Shown here piece after piece: positions 62,441 to 64,000 of a DNA stretch of 64,000 nt. Position 1 is the first letter of the stretch. Each line of letters begins with the position of its first letter. The stretch comes from Marsupella aquatica (lineage: Eukaryota; Plantae; Marchantiophyta): positions 13,547,037 through 13,611,036 of the forward strand of contig OZ316891.1 in assembly GCA_973895155.1 (NCBI GenBank), read 5' to 3'. A program made the position numbers and the translations under genes. Below the pieces are notes generated by a model. It worked only from the letters and a program-made list of their open reading frames with translations. It was not told the origin of the DNA and did not search any database.

Positions 62441-64000
62441 AAATTGATTATTTAGTTTTACAATGTGAAGCCAAAGGGGTCTTAACTATGTACATTTCTA
62501 TTGATTGGTTTTTTCAAACTTGCAAACAATTAAAAAATACAAGCATTTTGATATAAAACACTAATATATCTTTGACAAACATCAGAATGGTAACTTTATT
62601 TTACTAAATGACATCTCTTCCTTTGTATTTTGGGTTTTTTAACATTTAATATTTACGTCATGGCGCCCCAAAAATTACGTTACTTTTGCCACAAATAGGA
62701 ATGTGCACGTTTGTTATTGTTAAAAGTAGGATCATTCATGTTTGTGGTTGGTTGTGGCGATGTGGTGCAATCTCATGGCAGAGAATTTGCAAGAGACCTC
62801 TCATGGGGGTCCGTAAATAAAGCCCAAACAAAATCTCATAAGGCCTACAATCTAAAGTGAAGCGCAAAATGGTACTCACCATATATTTACAAGAAAAAGC
62901 GGGAGCAAAAGTTGGGCATTCCTGGAGCTACCCTATCCTACAATCTATCTATCAATTTTGAATTGATCATAAGCTCCCCTCGTTGGCGTGTCTTTGAATT
63001 ACTAGTTTGGATGGCTGCCCGTCTTTGCAACACAAAGGTAGATGATGTGAACAACTTTATTGTCACTCCGTTTGCTTAAAGAGTCCCACCCCCAAAGTGC
63101 TCTTCACTCCTAAGGTCATGGCTTTAGTTACTGTTGTAAGTGGAACTGTAGTTAGTTTTTATATGCAATTTCTTACTTAGATTTGCATCATTTTTATTGA
63201 TTTTCTCAATTAATATTTTTTTCCAAACCTCTGTTTTGAAAACTTTGCTATCTCCAATTACTTTGGTGTACCTCCCCCCAACCTTGCTATAACTCAAGAT
63301 GAAATTCTATTGTTTATGACCTAGTACTCCGTACAGCAAGCCACAGGGAATAATTATATACCTGGTAATAGAAAATTTTGATATTTAGACTATGCTTGTG
63401 ACTAGGGGCAGACATGTATGCATGGGGAGGGTATGGGGAGTCTGTACAATGAACCTATCTTCCTTGGAAAATGTTTTTTTTAATTTATTTGGATAGTGAC
63501 CACAAAAACCCCGTGGCAAGGAAAAACAGGAAGAGTCCCACAACACAAAATCAACGACCCCCACCGGGAGGGCGGAAACAACAATAGGAGATGAAAGCCC
63601 AAAGACCAGGCCGTCAAACTCAGACACAATGATCCACACATATCACCAGGTGAAAGCATAACTCACTTGTAACTACATGCCCCATTGACCAGCTGACCTC
63701 CTATCTAGATGTAATCCAGGTCAGGCGGCTGTTCAGCCAAACTATTCTTTCCTATATAAGTATCTCCTTCACTCTTAGCAATCGTGTGTGTTGCCTACTC
63801 AAGGGCAAACACTACAATGAGCCTATCTTTTGCATATGCACAAAGATTGCGCTAGTCATGAATCTTAGTTCTGACCTATAGTATTTCTTCCTGTCGCACC
63901 CATGGATACTATGTAGAGCGAAAATCACAAGCTAATACACAAGCTGTTTTAAGAGGAAATCCAGCTTTCTTGCATTATCTATCTAACGACTGGATACCGT

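Overview
Eukaryotic, intron-rich land-plant genomic DNA. Gene content, long UTRs and repeat style suggest a bryophyte, probably a liverwort such as Marchantia; this is inferred, not proven. Four protein-coding genes can be rebuilt by hand from splice sites and reading frames: (1) a Rad6/UBC2-like E2 ubiquitin-conjugating enzyme (+, 4272-6983, six coding exons, one GC-AG intron); (2) pTAC10/PAP3, a plastid RNA polymerase-associated S1-domain protein (+, 15832-21235, 13 exons); (3) a MEKK-type MAP3K of the MAP3K13-20/NPK1-like group encoded by one open frame (+, 32582-34951), with an unusual basic and Cys-rich hydrophobic tail containing an in-frame exitron candidate; (4) a DHU1-like LRR+WD40 protein (-, 55648-50085, nine coding exons, uORF-rich leader). 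Intergenic DNA holds two Tc1/mariner-type MITEs, two related solo LTRs with intact 5-bp target-site duplications, two mini-Helitrons, a tRNA-derived SINE, a decayed LINE and many local minisatellite arrays. No CRISPR array, rRNA or intact tRNA is visible. Most short ORFs in the supplied track look like noise.
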